A DNA stretch of 63,956 nt, taken from Spirogloea muscicola. Its lineage: Eukaryota. The stretch spans positions 668,929 through 732,884 of the forward strand of contig WELB01000025.1 in assembly GCA_009602725.1 (NCBI GenBank), read 5' to 3'. How positions within the stretch are numbered: position 1 is the first letter of the stretch; each line of letters begins with the position of its first letter. A program made the translations under genes and the position numbers. The notes under the pieces were generated by a model, which made no database searches, was not told the origin of the DNA, and saw nothing but the letters and a program-made list of their open reading frames with translations. Shown piece by piece: positions 30,660 through 44,061 of this stretch.

Positions 30660-33600
30660 GCTCCCGCGGCAGCTCGCCCTCACCCTCGCACGAGCTGTAC
30701 TCCCACCACCACCGCTGGCGGTCCTACAGCGGTGGCGGCGGCGGCGGCGGCGTGAGCTACTTTCACGGCTCCCCCAACCGGTCGCCCGTTCACGCCGCCG
30801 CCTACGCCGCCGCCATGGATGGAGTACAGCCCCCCTCCCTCCTCCCTCCCTCCTCCCTCCCTCCTTGCAGGCCGGTCGATCCAGGTCACTGCTCCAGAGC
30901 CAGGTTAGCCTGCAGCCCTTGGCGCGAGCATGGCTAGTGGGTGCCCGCCACACCAGGCCCAGGACTCGGAGCTCGCTTGATCAGAGGCGCATTGGTGCGA
31001 GCGATCGTTCTGGATGCCAAGGCCTCAGTGCACGACGCTGCCTACTCGGCGCGCATTGGGTGGTTTGGTGGGGGAAGAGGCAGAAAGTGGCCAACTTGGC
31101 GGCCGGGCAAGCCCCGGGCTTGTGCTCCAGTCGGACGCAGGCCCTGGCGATGCAGCCGCTTCGCTACTAGGCACATACCTGTCCTCCCTCCTGATGGTGG
31201 CGGCAGCGGCGGCGGCAATGGCGGCGCAGGGGGCGCGCACGAGCCTATCGCGGCAGTCGAGCACCAGCAGCAGCCTCGGCGGGCTGAGCCAGGAGTTCGA
31301 GCGCCTGGACAGCCTCGCGTCGTCGCCTGCGCGCTCCGGCCGCCCCTCTGCGGCCCCTTCCCCGCTGCCCTCGCCGCTGCGCCCCGGCGGCGGGAGCCCG
31401 CCGCCAGATCGCCGCCATGCAGACAGCGGCGACAGCAGTGGCGTCGCCGGCTTGCTCGTCTCGTTCCTCGGCCAGGTTGCGGCGTCTGCCTGCGAGTGGC
31501 GCCAGTTCATGCCCACATTCGCGGCGCTCTTTGAGGAGCACGGCAGCTTGCTACTCCACCCCAGCAATGCACGCCCGCTCAAGGAGATGGCGTTTCAGGT
31601 CTATTATATTACTGACTCTGGAGGATCTTTGACATTTAAAACGTGCAATGTATCTTACACACATTTATGTCAAGTGCAGTGTTTGTTGATTGATGCTGTT
31701 TGCAGTCTGCCAATCAGTCCTTGATTACTATTTCAGCAACTGCCAAGATCTGACTTTGTGAAGTATAACAATTTTCAGTAATACCTAAACCTCCATGCGA
31801 GCTCCTCCTTGCTCTACTCCTTCTCAAAGCTGCCGGCTTGACGAGCCGCACACGTGTGCGCCACGGGCCTGCAGCTGATGCGCATGATGATCTCGGCCAA
31901 CGAGGACCTGCGCAAGCACAGCGTCGTGGCACTGCTCCTCATGTGCCGGGTGAGTGGTGCCTGCTGGCCGTTGCATCCCCGCCGCGAGCTAGCTGTGCCC
32001 TCCCCGCCCGTTCTCACAGTTTCCCCCCTCCTTCCTCCTGCCACTGCCTGCGGCGGCGCAGACGACATTCCAGTGCCTCGGCCGGTTGCAGCATATGAAG
32101 GTGCTGCTCACCATGACGCTGTCAGAGCTCATGTCCGACTCGCGCCTCCTCGACCTCGCCTCTGCCGGCCGAGTCGTCGAAACAGGCGACGTCGAGCGCC
32201 TCCGCATGTCGCTCGACCAGCTCTTCTCCAAGGTGGCCCCTCGCATTCTCTCCGTCCTTCCTTGCACGGTGACACAGGAAGCTGGGGCATCTGTGTCCAA
32301 CTCTGGCTGGACACTCTGGTTGCAGCCAGGAGAAGCTTGTCGCCGCGGTGGCCAGAAGCAGCCACACACCGCATGCTTACTGCAACGCCGTGCTGACCTT
32401 CGCTCACCTTGCCCCCTCTGCCGGCGGCAGTCGGCGAGCGCGGCGCTGCTGAGAGACTGCGGCCTGGCCCACGGCAGCCTTGAAGCGCCCGACATCGGCG
32501 GGCGCAGCAGGTGGGACTGGCAAGAGGTGGAGGACCTCAGCGAGTCGCTGCAGAACGTCCTGGGGGCGTTCATCGAGCACTCTCGGCAGGTGCGGCTGCC
32601 GACACCGGGCCCCTCGTTGCCGTTGCAAAGCACATTGCTTGGCCAGCAGCAAGAGGTCTGCTCCAAGGCGCACCCGCTAGCGAGCAGCCAGCACCAACAA
32701 TGTGAGCCATAGCCCATGCAAACGCAGTGCTTCGTCGCTGAAGCAGCTGCTCTGTGCCCTGCTGTTCCGCCAGGGCCTGCTGGGGAAGCGCGACCCGCAC
32801 GCGCTGGTGGAGAGCTACGCAGCCTTGGCGCGCGCATACGCACACGTCCCCGATCTCCACATCATGTGGCTCCTCCACCTCTGCTCCGCGCATCAGGAGA
32901 GCCAGTCCTGGGCTGAAGCTGCGCTCTGCTCCATCGCCGTCGCCTCCGTCATCTCGCGGGTGTGCCACAACTGCTGCCAACTATGACCAGCCAAGAGATG
33001 CATGCGCTGGCCAAGCGCCACGGCTCCAAGCGCGTTCATGTCGGGCTTGGCAGGTGACAAGCCACTGATCACAAGGCCTTCTGTGGGCTGTTGCTCTGCG
33101 CGCTACAGGCGCTCGCGTCCAGGAAGGACACGGTGTGGGACCGCCGGCGACTGGAACGGCTCTGGCATGCCGACCCCCTCCGTGCATTCCACGACAGGGC
33201 TGCCGTCGAGCTGGACTACATGGTGGGCTGTAAGTGGCTTGAAGCACTTCCTATGATGGTATTTGGTGCAGGCCATGCATCGCAGAATGGTTGCTCATCT
33301 CAGCTCAAAGAGTAGGCGTAAACCATGTTAAGTTAAGTCGTAATTTGAAGATAAGGCAGTCGACAAAATGGTACCTTTGAGAACAGCTCATGCACAGTCT
33401 AGTCCTTGTCGCCGCTAATTACAAAAGAGACGCGCAATGGACTTGGCGTGCGCAGCGATGAGTGAGTATGGTGCAAGCAAGCTCACTGGTGATGCAGCAA
33501 TGAAGTACATTCAGGTCCTTGCCTACCCCCTCTCTGGCCAGGAAGAAGCTAGCAATGCCAGCATGCAATAAGCCTGCAATGTCACCAACAGTAGATGGAC

Positions 33601-36600
33601 GTAGGTAGGGTCTGTCCATTACATTGTAACCTCAAGCCGTGGAGAGGAATGAGATTGTTGGCTAAGCAGAAACCCAATTCAATGTAATCTCAGATTCGCC
33701 AATGTTCGTGATGCGTGCTTAACTACTGTCCTGAAATATCTATTGCTGCAGATGGCCCACCAGTTCCTGAGCAAGGCGAACCTGTATGCCTTCTGCCCTG
33801 ATCTGCTCCACCTCCTCATAGCCGTCTACCAGTCCCGCGAGAATTACACGCAGGTGGGCAGGCTCTCTATGTGAGTTATGATCTTCAAAAAAGTTCGTTT
33901 CCCGAAGGCAGCTGTTAATGTAGTAGGGGTCAACGAGCCGCTCTACCACGGGAGCACATGGGAGAGCACTTGCTTGCTTGCCTTCACTGTCTTACAGCGA
34001 CACGCTCATCTGGCTGCTCCACAGCTGTCCAAGTGCTACAGCTCCATGGCTGCTGTCTACAAACACCTCGCCGAGCAGGTGAAGCATGCTCCCATATAAT
34101 GCTCGTGGTCGAACCATGGTCAGTGAGATTAGCCACCCCACTGGCGATGATGTCACCAGCTGATAGGGATGCTGCCCCCTGATGAGGCAAAATTTTGGTC
34201 CACTGCTTGGCGCAATCTCAACTAGAAGTGGTCCTTATCTTGGGACATAATCTATCAGATCACCGATGTTATTCTGCATGTTGCTTAGAGCTCTTCCTAT
34301 ATCATCTCATACTGGCTATTACCCACTGGCAAAACAGATGATAACCCCTTCCCTATGTATATCAGCAATTGGCTCTTCGGGACTTTGCCTTAATACATGA
34401 CAAAATACATGGCCCAGAGCAGCAGTGCTCAAGCCTTACCTGCGGTTGCTTGGTTGCTTACTTTGCCATCAGGGCGCACTGATTCTGCAGGAGTCAGAAC
34501 CCCACTTCTTCAAGGATGCATCCTACTACCGCGTCGGGTTCTATGGCGAAAGCTTCGGCAAGCTAAATGGCAGGTAAGCGTCAGATTAGTTGCAATTCTG
34601 CTTCCTTTCAAGCTTTGCTGCTTCCGCATGTTTGTAGGAGGCTCAAAGTGTGGAGCAAATGGAAAGGCTGTAGTGAATGCATGTCTTGCCTTAAAGAGTT
34701 GCAAACAATTTGGCTCACTTCACCAGCTGCACCTGAACTCGTGGCATCTTCCCTTGCAGGGAGTACGTGTACAGGGAAAGACGAGAGACAAGGCTTGGCG
34801 ATGTCGTAGAGCGCTTTCAGAAAGTGTATGAGAAGGTGAGTGGCTCTTGGTCTGCATGCTCTCTGCGCCGTGTTGCTGTGCCAAGAAGCAGCACCCTGGC
34901 TTCTGCATTCAACAGGTGTAGTATCCGAGTCAAAGTGACACTCAATGTACGGCAAAGGCAAGGAAGCAGGTGACAGTATAGACGTAGACGGTTGCCCATT
35001 CCTCATTTGCGGATGATTATGAAGGTGCCATAATAGTAGGCGCACCAGATTACTTCATGAGATAGGGTCCGAGATTTAAGATCCATACTCCCAACCTGGG
35101 TCTCACATCAATGACGCAAGTTGGTCGTTTGGCTTGCTGACCATGCTTTGATTCAATGGGGGGTGGCAGCTGCACCACAAGTCACGGCGCGGGGAGCACG
35201 CTGTAGACTTCATCTCCGACTCCAACCAGGTGGACCCCAAGGTGCTGAAATCAGGGAGGCTCTACCTCCAGATCACCTCCGTGGAATCGCTGCCTGATCA
35301 GCACCGCACGACGTCCAAAGGGATCCCCAAGGGCATCCCCCGCCTCACACAGTTTTGCTTCGAGACGCCCTTCACCAAGTCCAGCAAGTCCCAGGTGAAC
35401 GGAAGCAGGGCTTCTCCCGCTCCCACTCTCGAATCCCGTGTTCCACTTAGGTGGTGCTAGTTGACCTGCTAATCCTTATGAGAGCTGCTACATTTAGAGC
35501 AGGGGTTTTACCATTGGGTCTGATTGTGCGCAAACCCGTCAGACGCAGGGCAGCCTCAAGGACCAGTGGAAGCGTCGGACGATCCTGGAGGTGGACGGCT
35601 CCTTCCCATCACTTTTCAACCGCCTTCCTATCGTGAAATCCTCAGTGAGTGGCTAACTGTGGACATCTGTGAAGTCAGACAATCTATCAATGCATGTTCT
35701 TGCTTCAGCCTCCTACGGCTAAATGTAGTGTTTTCCAGCCCTGTAGAGGTCCTGTATTGGCTTGCAAGTTGATGCGAATCGCCCTGCACAAACCAGGTCA
35801 AGGAGTTCACGCCCATACAGAATGCTGTGGCAATGGTGGACAGCCGCACGCGCGCCCTGCAGGCATGCCCCTTGCTCTTGCTGGCCCTTGACTGGAAGCG
35901 CAGACAAGCCTATTGATGGAGAGCTGTAGACCTGCGTAGTCAAGAGCAGTCCCTCATGCATGCGAGTGTGCAAGTTTGCCTGTCGCAATCCCAGCTTGCC
36001 TACTTATCTCTGAAATGGGACATCAAGATGCTGAACATCATATGTCGTGAAGGCGAACTTGGCACTTCCCTGGCCCGCTCCATGCAGGTGGAGCTGGAAG
36101 CGGAGGCGACGGGGGGGCAGGAGTACGCACCCAGGCTGCAGGCGCTGCAAAGAATACTGCAGGGGAGCGTTGCAGTCATGGTGAACGGTGGCATGCTTGG
36201 CGTATGCGTCGCATTCCTCAAGGTGCAGTGTTGACCTTGATTCACATAACTTGGAGGCAAGAGGCCGCCGGACAATATTGATGCACAAAAGTGTATCAAA
36301 GTCTGGGAGTCACGACCTCTGTTGATGTGCTTATATGTATATACTGCCTGTGCGTCATGTGGCAGCCGCTTTCTGGCGGAAAGGTCCGAGCGAAGTCCCA
36401 GGACACCACTATGGACGACATCACTGTGAGCAAGAGCTCCCTGCTCGCCTTGCTCCTTGATCAGATCTAGCACTAGTTGTCACAACCTGGACTTGACATA
36501 GTCATACGTCCTTGCTTGTCACCCGGTCACTATCGGGGTAAGACTTGTGCATGTCCTGAAAGTTGTTTATCCAGGCATGCATCTTCTTGGAAGACACTCT

Positions 36601-37088
36601 TGCTCATATACATACCTATTGACCCCGGCCATTACTTCTGACAGATGCTCACATCAGCGATTGTGAAGTTCGTCAGGGTCTGCGAGGTGGCAATCCAGGT
36701 ATTTCTTGACATTGTTGGCCCATGACAGCAGGTTGCGCTCGTGACGTTATTAGTCCATTACGAGTCAAGAGCCTGTTGTCCTACTTAGAACCTACTTAAG
36801 GATATAATAAGTGAGCCTGCCGGCTTACACGCTTGGTCTCTTGCCGCATCCAAGACCCACTCATTATCCACGCGCCAGAAGAATGTCCAGGTTGCATTTG
36901 CATTACCCCAGGCGTGCTGGCCGCTGATTGCAAGTTGTGATGCTGGGGGGCGCATTGTGCAGGTGCACGCACGGGTGATGGGCCCCGACAAGGAGGACCA
37001 AGCGTTCCACAACGAGCTTGTGCTGGGGTTTGTTGACCTCACCGAACGTATCTCGCACTTCATCCCCGAGTCTGTGGTCATGACATAA
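30621..37088 (+). CDS. SPK1: SPIKE1-like DOCK-family ROP guanine nucleotide exchange factor (DHR2); 5' end in gap
   Basis: LARAYAHVPDLHIMWLLHLCSAHQESQSWAEAA, DASYYRVGFYGESFGKLNG, YLQITSV, FCFETPFTK, LKDQWKRRTIL, RLQALQRILQGSVAVMVNGG and EDQAFHNELVLGF...ISHFIP match SPK1. Stop TAA at 37086-37088. Confidence 0.88.
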
Positions 37089-37792
37089 TGACGAGCAGGC
37101 CAACCGATACTTAGAAAGGGCAGGACTATGTCAAACCTGTACAATATAGGACATATATGAAGATCACCACAATACCTGGACTAGCAAAGCCTACAATTAT
37201 TAGGAGCCTTGCAGAGCGCCGCCAAGCGGCGGCAATCTTTCAGGCCCGATTTCGGCTGTGGACAAAGTTCAGGACGAAGCACCTCGCCATACGCTGCCCC
37301 ACCACCACAATTAATCGTCCCCCCCAGCTCTCTTCCACCATGCACAGCACTGTCACCCAGGCCTTCGCCTGCGCCTTTGCTGAGGTATCGGTCTACTCTC
37401 TGGCGGCTGAGCCTGTAAGGGCCAGGCCAGCTTCCAGTGCCTTGTGGCCCTCTGCACAGGGCGTTATACACACCCTCCTCACAGGGCTGGGGCTGGGCTG
37501 CTTGTCCTCAAGCCATGGTATGTAGTGAAGGAGCAGCAGCTTTGTAGACAAGCTGCAGCTCTAACCCCCTCGACTGAATCTGTCAAACGAGTCATCAGCC
37601 TAACTGGACTGCAAGTGAGTTGATGGCCACCTAGGAGGTCAATGGTGATCAATAGCGCTCTTAGGGGCACGCAGGAGAGGTTGGAGGAACTCAGGGCGCT
37701 GTTCCTGTCTCTTTTGCTGTCAAGGCTTACTATCTCTCTATCGCTTTACAAGCAGATTTGCATGCAAGCAAGCTATTGCTTGTGAAATCAGC

Positions 37793-39864
37793 TCAGCCGA
37801 GGCTGATGCCCTGCGGTGCCACGAGCGCAGCGCCCAGCTGCGCCTTGACGCTCTCTCCGCTATACAGCATCCGCATAGACTTCTTGGCCCGTCGTGCCTG
37901 ACGCCGCTCCTCCTTGACGGCGGTCTGGCCCAAACAAACAGACAAGTGAATATACACCACAATTTTGTTGGGCGAACGGCATGCATGGGCCACCAACAAG
38001 CCAAAGGGCAGGAAACTGCTGAGACTCAGAACTATCTTCAAGCGTCTGCATTCGAATTTAAGATAGATGGCTTCTCCTCTGACATTCTCAGTGCCGTGGA
38101 TTTTGTCAACGTGTAATGATTACCAATCGGCAGCACCAATCGGATTGCTGCTATGTGCCTATGGCGGGGGGGGACGTGGGGGCAGCCAGCTCTCACCTTG
38201 CGGAGCCGCCGGTCCTCAGGCGACTCCCCTGCACGGGGTCCCGCAGCCTTGACTGTGGCCCGCTTCTCTGACGTCGTAGCCGGCTCGCAGTCCCCACCAG
38301 GTCGGTGGGGCGCCGGTGGCCGCCGCTGGCCCCCGCCACGGGCAGGTAGGAAGTCCACCGGCAGTTGCTCTCTGCCGCCGAGCCGGATGGCAAATGGCAC
38401 CGTTGGCTGGCCATCCACAGTCGGAGCACCACGCCGAGGCCTCGGCGGCACGCTCGGGCCAGGGATGCGTCCCGGGTGGTTGTCGAGGTTGCTCACCGTG
38501 GACGGCGCCGTTTCGCAGTCCCACTGCTCCCGCTTGCTGCGGCCCTCCTCCCAGACCACCTCCTCCTCCTCCTCCTCCTCCTCCTCTTCCTCCTCCTCCT
38601 CCTCCTCTGTCTCCCCCTTCTCCCCTCCCTCCTCCTCGTGTGCTGTGTCCCCTCCGCCACCACGCCTGTCGTGACAGGTGGGTGGCCGGCTGCTACCCTG
38701 CCCAGTGGCACGTGCAAGGTCCGCCGGCGTCTGGTACTGGCCAGACTGCGTCTCCAAGAAGTTGTCGAGCACGGCGCCGAGCTGGGCTGGGGGCCTGGCA
38801 CTGCGGGCCTCTGCACTCGTTGCTCTGATACTGCGCTCCTCCTTGCTGTCGTTGTCAAACTCCACGAAGTCGCTGCTGTAGCTGCTGTCACTGTCGTACT
38901 CCCTCAGCGCAAGCTGCGAGCCGCCAGCATCAAGGAGTCGGCTTGAGATGCGTGACTCGAACTAAGGCTTACAGAATACTGTATTGAGCTTGACAGCGCC
39001 CTCTCGGACCTATTGGCAATGCCGCCACCACTTGTGCAGCAACAACTGCTAGACTCGTTGGTTGAGGACCAAAGAGCTTACGCTCTTACACAACAAATAC
39101 CTGCTACTGTCTGCCAAGAGCTTTCTGGAGCCTATGCTGCGAGCAATACCTGCTCAAAACGCTCATCCAGCAGGCGGCGAGTCCGCTCTGGCCTTTCCGC
39201 TTGGCCACATGGAGACGGTCCAGTGCCAATGTCGCCACTACCAGCCACGTTGCCATTCCCTGCATCCTCCGTCTGCCCGTTCCCGTCCAACTTGCTGCCA
39301 GAGCCGCCCGGCGTCCCGGCTCTGCTGCCGGCAAAGGCATGGCGGGCGCAGCAAGATGCCGGCACCTGGCTGTGGTCAAAGTCGTTGCCAAGCGGGTCGG
39401 TAGAGTCAGCATCTTCCCCGTCGTCGTCGTCGTCCCTGCCGCCGGCGTTGGCAAAGAGGACAAAGTCATCCTCCAGCTCGTCCTCAGGCCCGCCGTCCGA
39501 GCGGCCACAGCCCTCGTCGCCGCGCTCCAGCGCCGCAGCGACGTCGGGGTCCACGACGCAGCGGGCGTCCACTCTCGCCGCGCCCGCGGCGGCCTCCAGG
39601 ACGGCCACGTCGGCCTCGTCCGCGGCGGCCACCGCCGGCCGGGCCCTGGAGGCGTCGTAGGCCTGCACCGAGAGCAGCACCGCAAGCCGTCGTGGGTGCT
39701 CAATTGCCACATGCCATGGCTGCAGCTACTCTGAGCAATGAGTGCACTGGGGTTTGAATTCGCGACCTCCGAATTGACAGCCCGGCGCCTTGACCGTTCC
39801 TCTGGCTATGCGCTCACCTTGACGTCGGGGCGAAGGGCCTGCAACAGCGGCTCGGCAGGCGCGA

Positions 39865-39897
<33 letters not shown>

Positions 39898-40039
39898 TGC
39901 CGCGAAGGTCGCGCAGGTGCCGCGTGTAGTCGTACCCGTCGTCGGGGAAGCCCATGTCCAGGAGCTCACGGCGGCGGCTCGTCGGCAGCCTTGCCGGCGC
40001 GGGGGCTTGCCACCATAGCGGCGGCGGCGGAACGACTCG

Positions 40040-40073
<34 letters not shown>
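37793..40073 (-). CDS. LTV1: LTV1 40S ribosome biogenesis factor; 5' end in gap
   Basis: RRELLDMGFPDDGYDYTRHLRDL, ELEDDFVLFAN, RRLLDERFE, EQWDCET...SNLDNHPGRI and ESPEDRRLRK|AVKEERRQARRAKK. Confidence 0.9.
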
Positions 40074-40575
40074 NNNNNNNNNNNNNNNNNNNNNNNNNNN
40101 NNNNNNNNNNNNNNNNNNNNNNNNNNNNNNNNNNNNNNNNNNNNNNNNNNNNNNNNNNNNNNNNNNNNNNNNNNNNNNNNNNNNNNNNNNNNNNNNNNNN
40201 NNNNNNNNNNNNNNNNNNNNNNNNNNNNNNNNNNNNNNNNNNNNNNNNNNNNNNNCCTTCGCCGCGGCGCTCCGGGGGAAGCGCCGCGAGGCCCGGCGCA
40301 GGCCGCGGCGGGGAGCCCGGGCGCCGCTCGGACGGCCGGGATGGGGCACACTTCGAATCGGACGGCTACGGCGGCTCACCAGGATGGCCGGGGCGGGGTT
40401 TAAGGGAACCCTTCCGGGGTCCAGTCCTTAAACCCCCGGGGGTTAAAGCGGCAGCGGCGCAGCCGGCGCCGCCGCCCGCCTTGCGCCCTCCGCGCCGCCG
40501 CGCGCGAGAGGCCGCTTGGTCCCCGCCGCCGCCGCCGCCGCCAACGCCATCGCCGTCGGCGCCGCCGCCGCCGCC

Positions 40576-42454
40576 ATGGGGTTCAAGGGGACCAAGGCGG
40601 AGAAGAAGCAGGCGTACGACCGCAAGGTGTGCGCGCTGCTGGACGGGCACACGCGCGTGCTCACCTGCACGGCCGACAACGTGGGCAGCACGCAGTTCCA
40701 GGCCATCCGGCGGGGCCTGCGCCCCGACTCCACCGTGCTCATGGGCAAGAATACGCTCATTAAGCGCTGCATCCGCGCCTACGCCGACCGCACCGGCAAC
40801 GACGCCTTCCTCGCCCTCTTCCCGCTCCTCGTCGTACGCCCCCGCCGCCCCCCCCCTCTTCTCGGGGCCCGAGACGACGCTGTTGGGTCTTTGAGACGAC
40901 GTTGTTGGGGCCTTGAGACGACGTTTGTGGGTCCAGCACGTTGCTGTTTGCTCTCGGAGTCAGGCCGCCAAATGCTGTGTCCCTTGTGCCGTGAGCCGCG
41001 CGACACTGGCCGAGAGCCCTGCCGCTGCCCTCTCCGCCGCAGCAGCCGGCACCACGGGTGCGGTTCTCTTGTGGTAGCGGCAGTCCTGTTGCGGCCTGCC
41101 GTTTGCACCATCTTGCCGGAACCTGTTCACACCTCAAACCCAAACCTCGGGCTGGGTGCGTCAGCGGTGGCTTCGACGTGCCTCTCGCTTTGCCTAAGCG
41201 GCACGCCGCTGGAGGGCTCTTGAGCCGCGCTTGCTGCCTCCGCAGCCTGAAGGCCTAGCTGATGGCAGCCCTTCCAGCTTTCACAAGCTTGTATTGCCTT
41301 GTCACAAGGAAAGTATACACTAATGCGTCCATGGCCTCAAATTAAGCAAGTATTGAAATACATAACCCATAACCTCCTTGCTTCTGTATTTGCCTCGCAG
41401 GGTAACGTCGGGCTCATCTTCACCAAGGGCGACCTGAAGGAGGTGAGCGAGGAGGTGGAGAAGTATAAGGTGGGCGCGCCGGCGCGCGTGGGCCTCGTCG
41501 CGCCCGTGGACGTCGTCGTGCCCCCCGGCAACACGGGCCTGGACCCCTCCCAGACGTCCTTCTTCCAGGTGCTCAACATCCCGACCAAGATCAACAAGGG
41601 CACGGTGGAGATTGTTGCGCCCGTGGAGCTCGTCAAGGCCGGCGACAAGGTCGGGAGCTCCGAGGCCGCGCTGCTCGCCAAGCTCAACATCCGGCCCTTC
41701 TCCTACGGCCTCATCATCCAAAAGGTGAGTGTGACATTGTGCTAGAGTACATCCTCAGCTAATGAAGGATCCGGTTTAAGAGGTGCTCAGTAAGCTGGCC
41801 TTGGTCTTCTTGACTAATGCCCTTGTCTTCGACGATGCCAGGTCTATGACGACGGGTCGGTATTCCAGCCCAGCGTGCTGGACATGACAGACGATGTCCT
41901 CATCTCTTCCTTCGCCGCCGGCGTAGGCAACATCGCCGCACTCTCGCTAGGCGCCAACTACCCGACACTCGCCTCCCTGCCCCACACGCTCGTCAACTGC
42001 TACAAGAACGTCATTGCTGTTGCATTGGGCCTGGAGAACTACTCCTTCCCCGCTGCTGACAAGGTCAAGGAGATTCTCGCGGTGAGATGTCCTGGCCGGG
42101 CTTTCTGGCCGAGCCTTCTGGGGTTCCTGCTCAATTTCCTATGGCTCTAATCAGAGGTTGCTCAACATCTAATCAAGACTATCTGACTTTTAACCTCTGA
42201 CTAATTTGGACATGCAACCTGGCAGTCCATATCTTCCTCAAGTCACCAGATGCAAGATTGTCAGGCTGCCAGTGAGCCACTGTCTGAAGTTAGGCCGTTC
42301 ACGTGTACAGGATCCTTCAAAGTTCATGGTTGCAGCAGCGCCGGAGGCTACCACTGACGCTGCGCCAGCGGCGGCGGTGGAGGCAAAGGAGGAGGAGAAG
42401 GAGGAGGAGAAGGAGGAGTCGGATGATGACATGGGCTTCAGTCTCTTTGACTAA
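40576..42454 (+). CDS. RPLP0: 60S acidic ribosomal protein P0 (uL10)
   Basis: Exons 40576-40833, 41401-41724, 41842-42081 and 42311-42454. [43 protein letters not shown] and C-terminal [13 protein letters not shown]. Confidence 0.97.
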
Positions 42455-44061
42455 GCAAGCACGTCCCTCTTGAGCGTGCTTTTCCGCCTCTTTTCACATA
42501 TACAAGCAATCTTCTTGGATGCTTTGTCCTCGATTTCTCACTGTTGGTACTTGTGGGGGCTTACCATCTGGTTAATTCAATTGCATTCACTTGAGCTGCT
42601 GAAGAATCTCCTACCATCGTCCTCAAAATTATCACCTCTGTTGCTATATATTTCCCCCCATTTTGCAGTCAAGTTTGTCAGGGGTCCAGGTCTGATCTCC
42701 TGCAAGGCTTGAGCTCGTCACAGGTGGCTCGTTCGACTCAGGGGCTGCTGTGTCCTGCAAGGCGTGCTCAATTGATGATCTAGGAAGTACAATGAACGCT
42801 GCGTGTATCTAGACCAGGCTCCAGCTCTTGGTCAATGAGCCTGCTGCAGCCTGTCCAGTGCTCTCTTGTGTTGGAGCCAGCACATGAGGAGTCTTCATCA
42901 ATGCTTGTCAGATACGCCAAGCAGTTGTCACATTCGCCAGCAGCAACTTGCGTGTTGTGACCAGTTATTATGCACTGCTCCGTGCTTCATTGTGAGCGTT
43001 ATCTTCAGAGGGGGCAGTGCAAAAGCAGGTGTTTGCTCAACGTGCTCCTCAAATGGTTTAACGAGTTACATGTCTACGTCAAGATTGGGCACATCACAAA
43101 GTGACATATCTGCCACAATGCACTTTGGTGCTGCTAAAGCTGCCCCTACAGCTAACTCGAACTGACCATTCCTCTGCATGGGCCTGGTAGGCTACTTATG
43201 TAGGTGGAGGTACAGTGCACTAGCCGTTCCTTCGGTGACACGAAATTCACAAGTATGATCTGGTTGACTACTTGCCACAAATTTCATGTGCTTGACAGCA
43301 TCTAGCTGGAGGCGTGGCAAGTGCAGCGTAGGGAAGGAAGCCACTGCTGAACTGAGTTGGGTTCCTGTCAGCTAGCCCCACTCCTGCATTGCGAGCATAT
43401 GCAAATGGGGCTACTTTACTGCGACAGTTGCAGTTTAGGTGGTATCTAGGCGATCGGAGAAACCTGGCTGCGACCAATGCCTCCTTGGCGGCCCACTCTG
43501 CATGAAAGCCATGTACCTTGCCAGCAAACACCATGATAAGGACCTGCACTGTGACAGCATTGCACTGCAGCCTCAGTAAGATTGTCAAAGAGACTGAAAA
43601 AGTTGGCCATAGGTGCCATGAGCAGGAACATACAGTCAGCAACATTGTGCAGCAGGAAGCCAGACTCACATGTAGACGATTGTCAGCAGTGTGCCAAGCT
43701 GAAACCTCGCAACTCCGGCCATCATCAGAGAGTTGTCCTGATTGGCATAACTCCTCAAGCTTTGCTGATTGGCCTACAACAGTACAACTCCACTAGTAAG
43801 ACAGGTACATAAATATTATGCCCAAAGTCAAGGGTTGATCAGCAGTCGCCACAATCTGACTTGCTCTTAGCCTTAATATGAGCAGCTTGCTGGCTATCTC
43901 TCGACCCTTTCGCAACAGAGAGCATGGTGACAGTCCCAATGAGAAGGGGACATCCAACATACAGTTGCAGCGGCAGGCAGCAGGGGAGAACAGACCTTAT
44001 GAGCATACCACCTGCTTTGCCCTACATTATTGATGGAGTAGGTACGATTGGGAGAACCACC

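Noticed and set aside
38067..39734. Long plus-strand ORFs overlapping LTV1, and similar antisense ORFs over THUMP, the kinase and SPK1
   Set aside because: Shadow ORFs caused by high GC; no recognisable domains.
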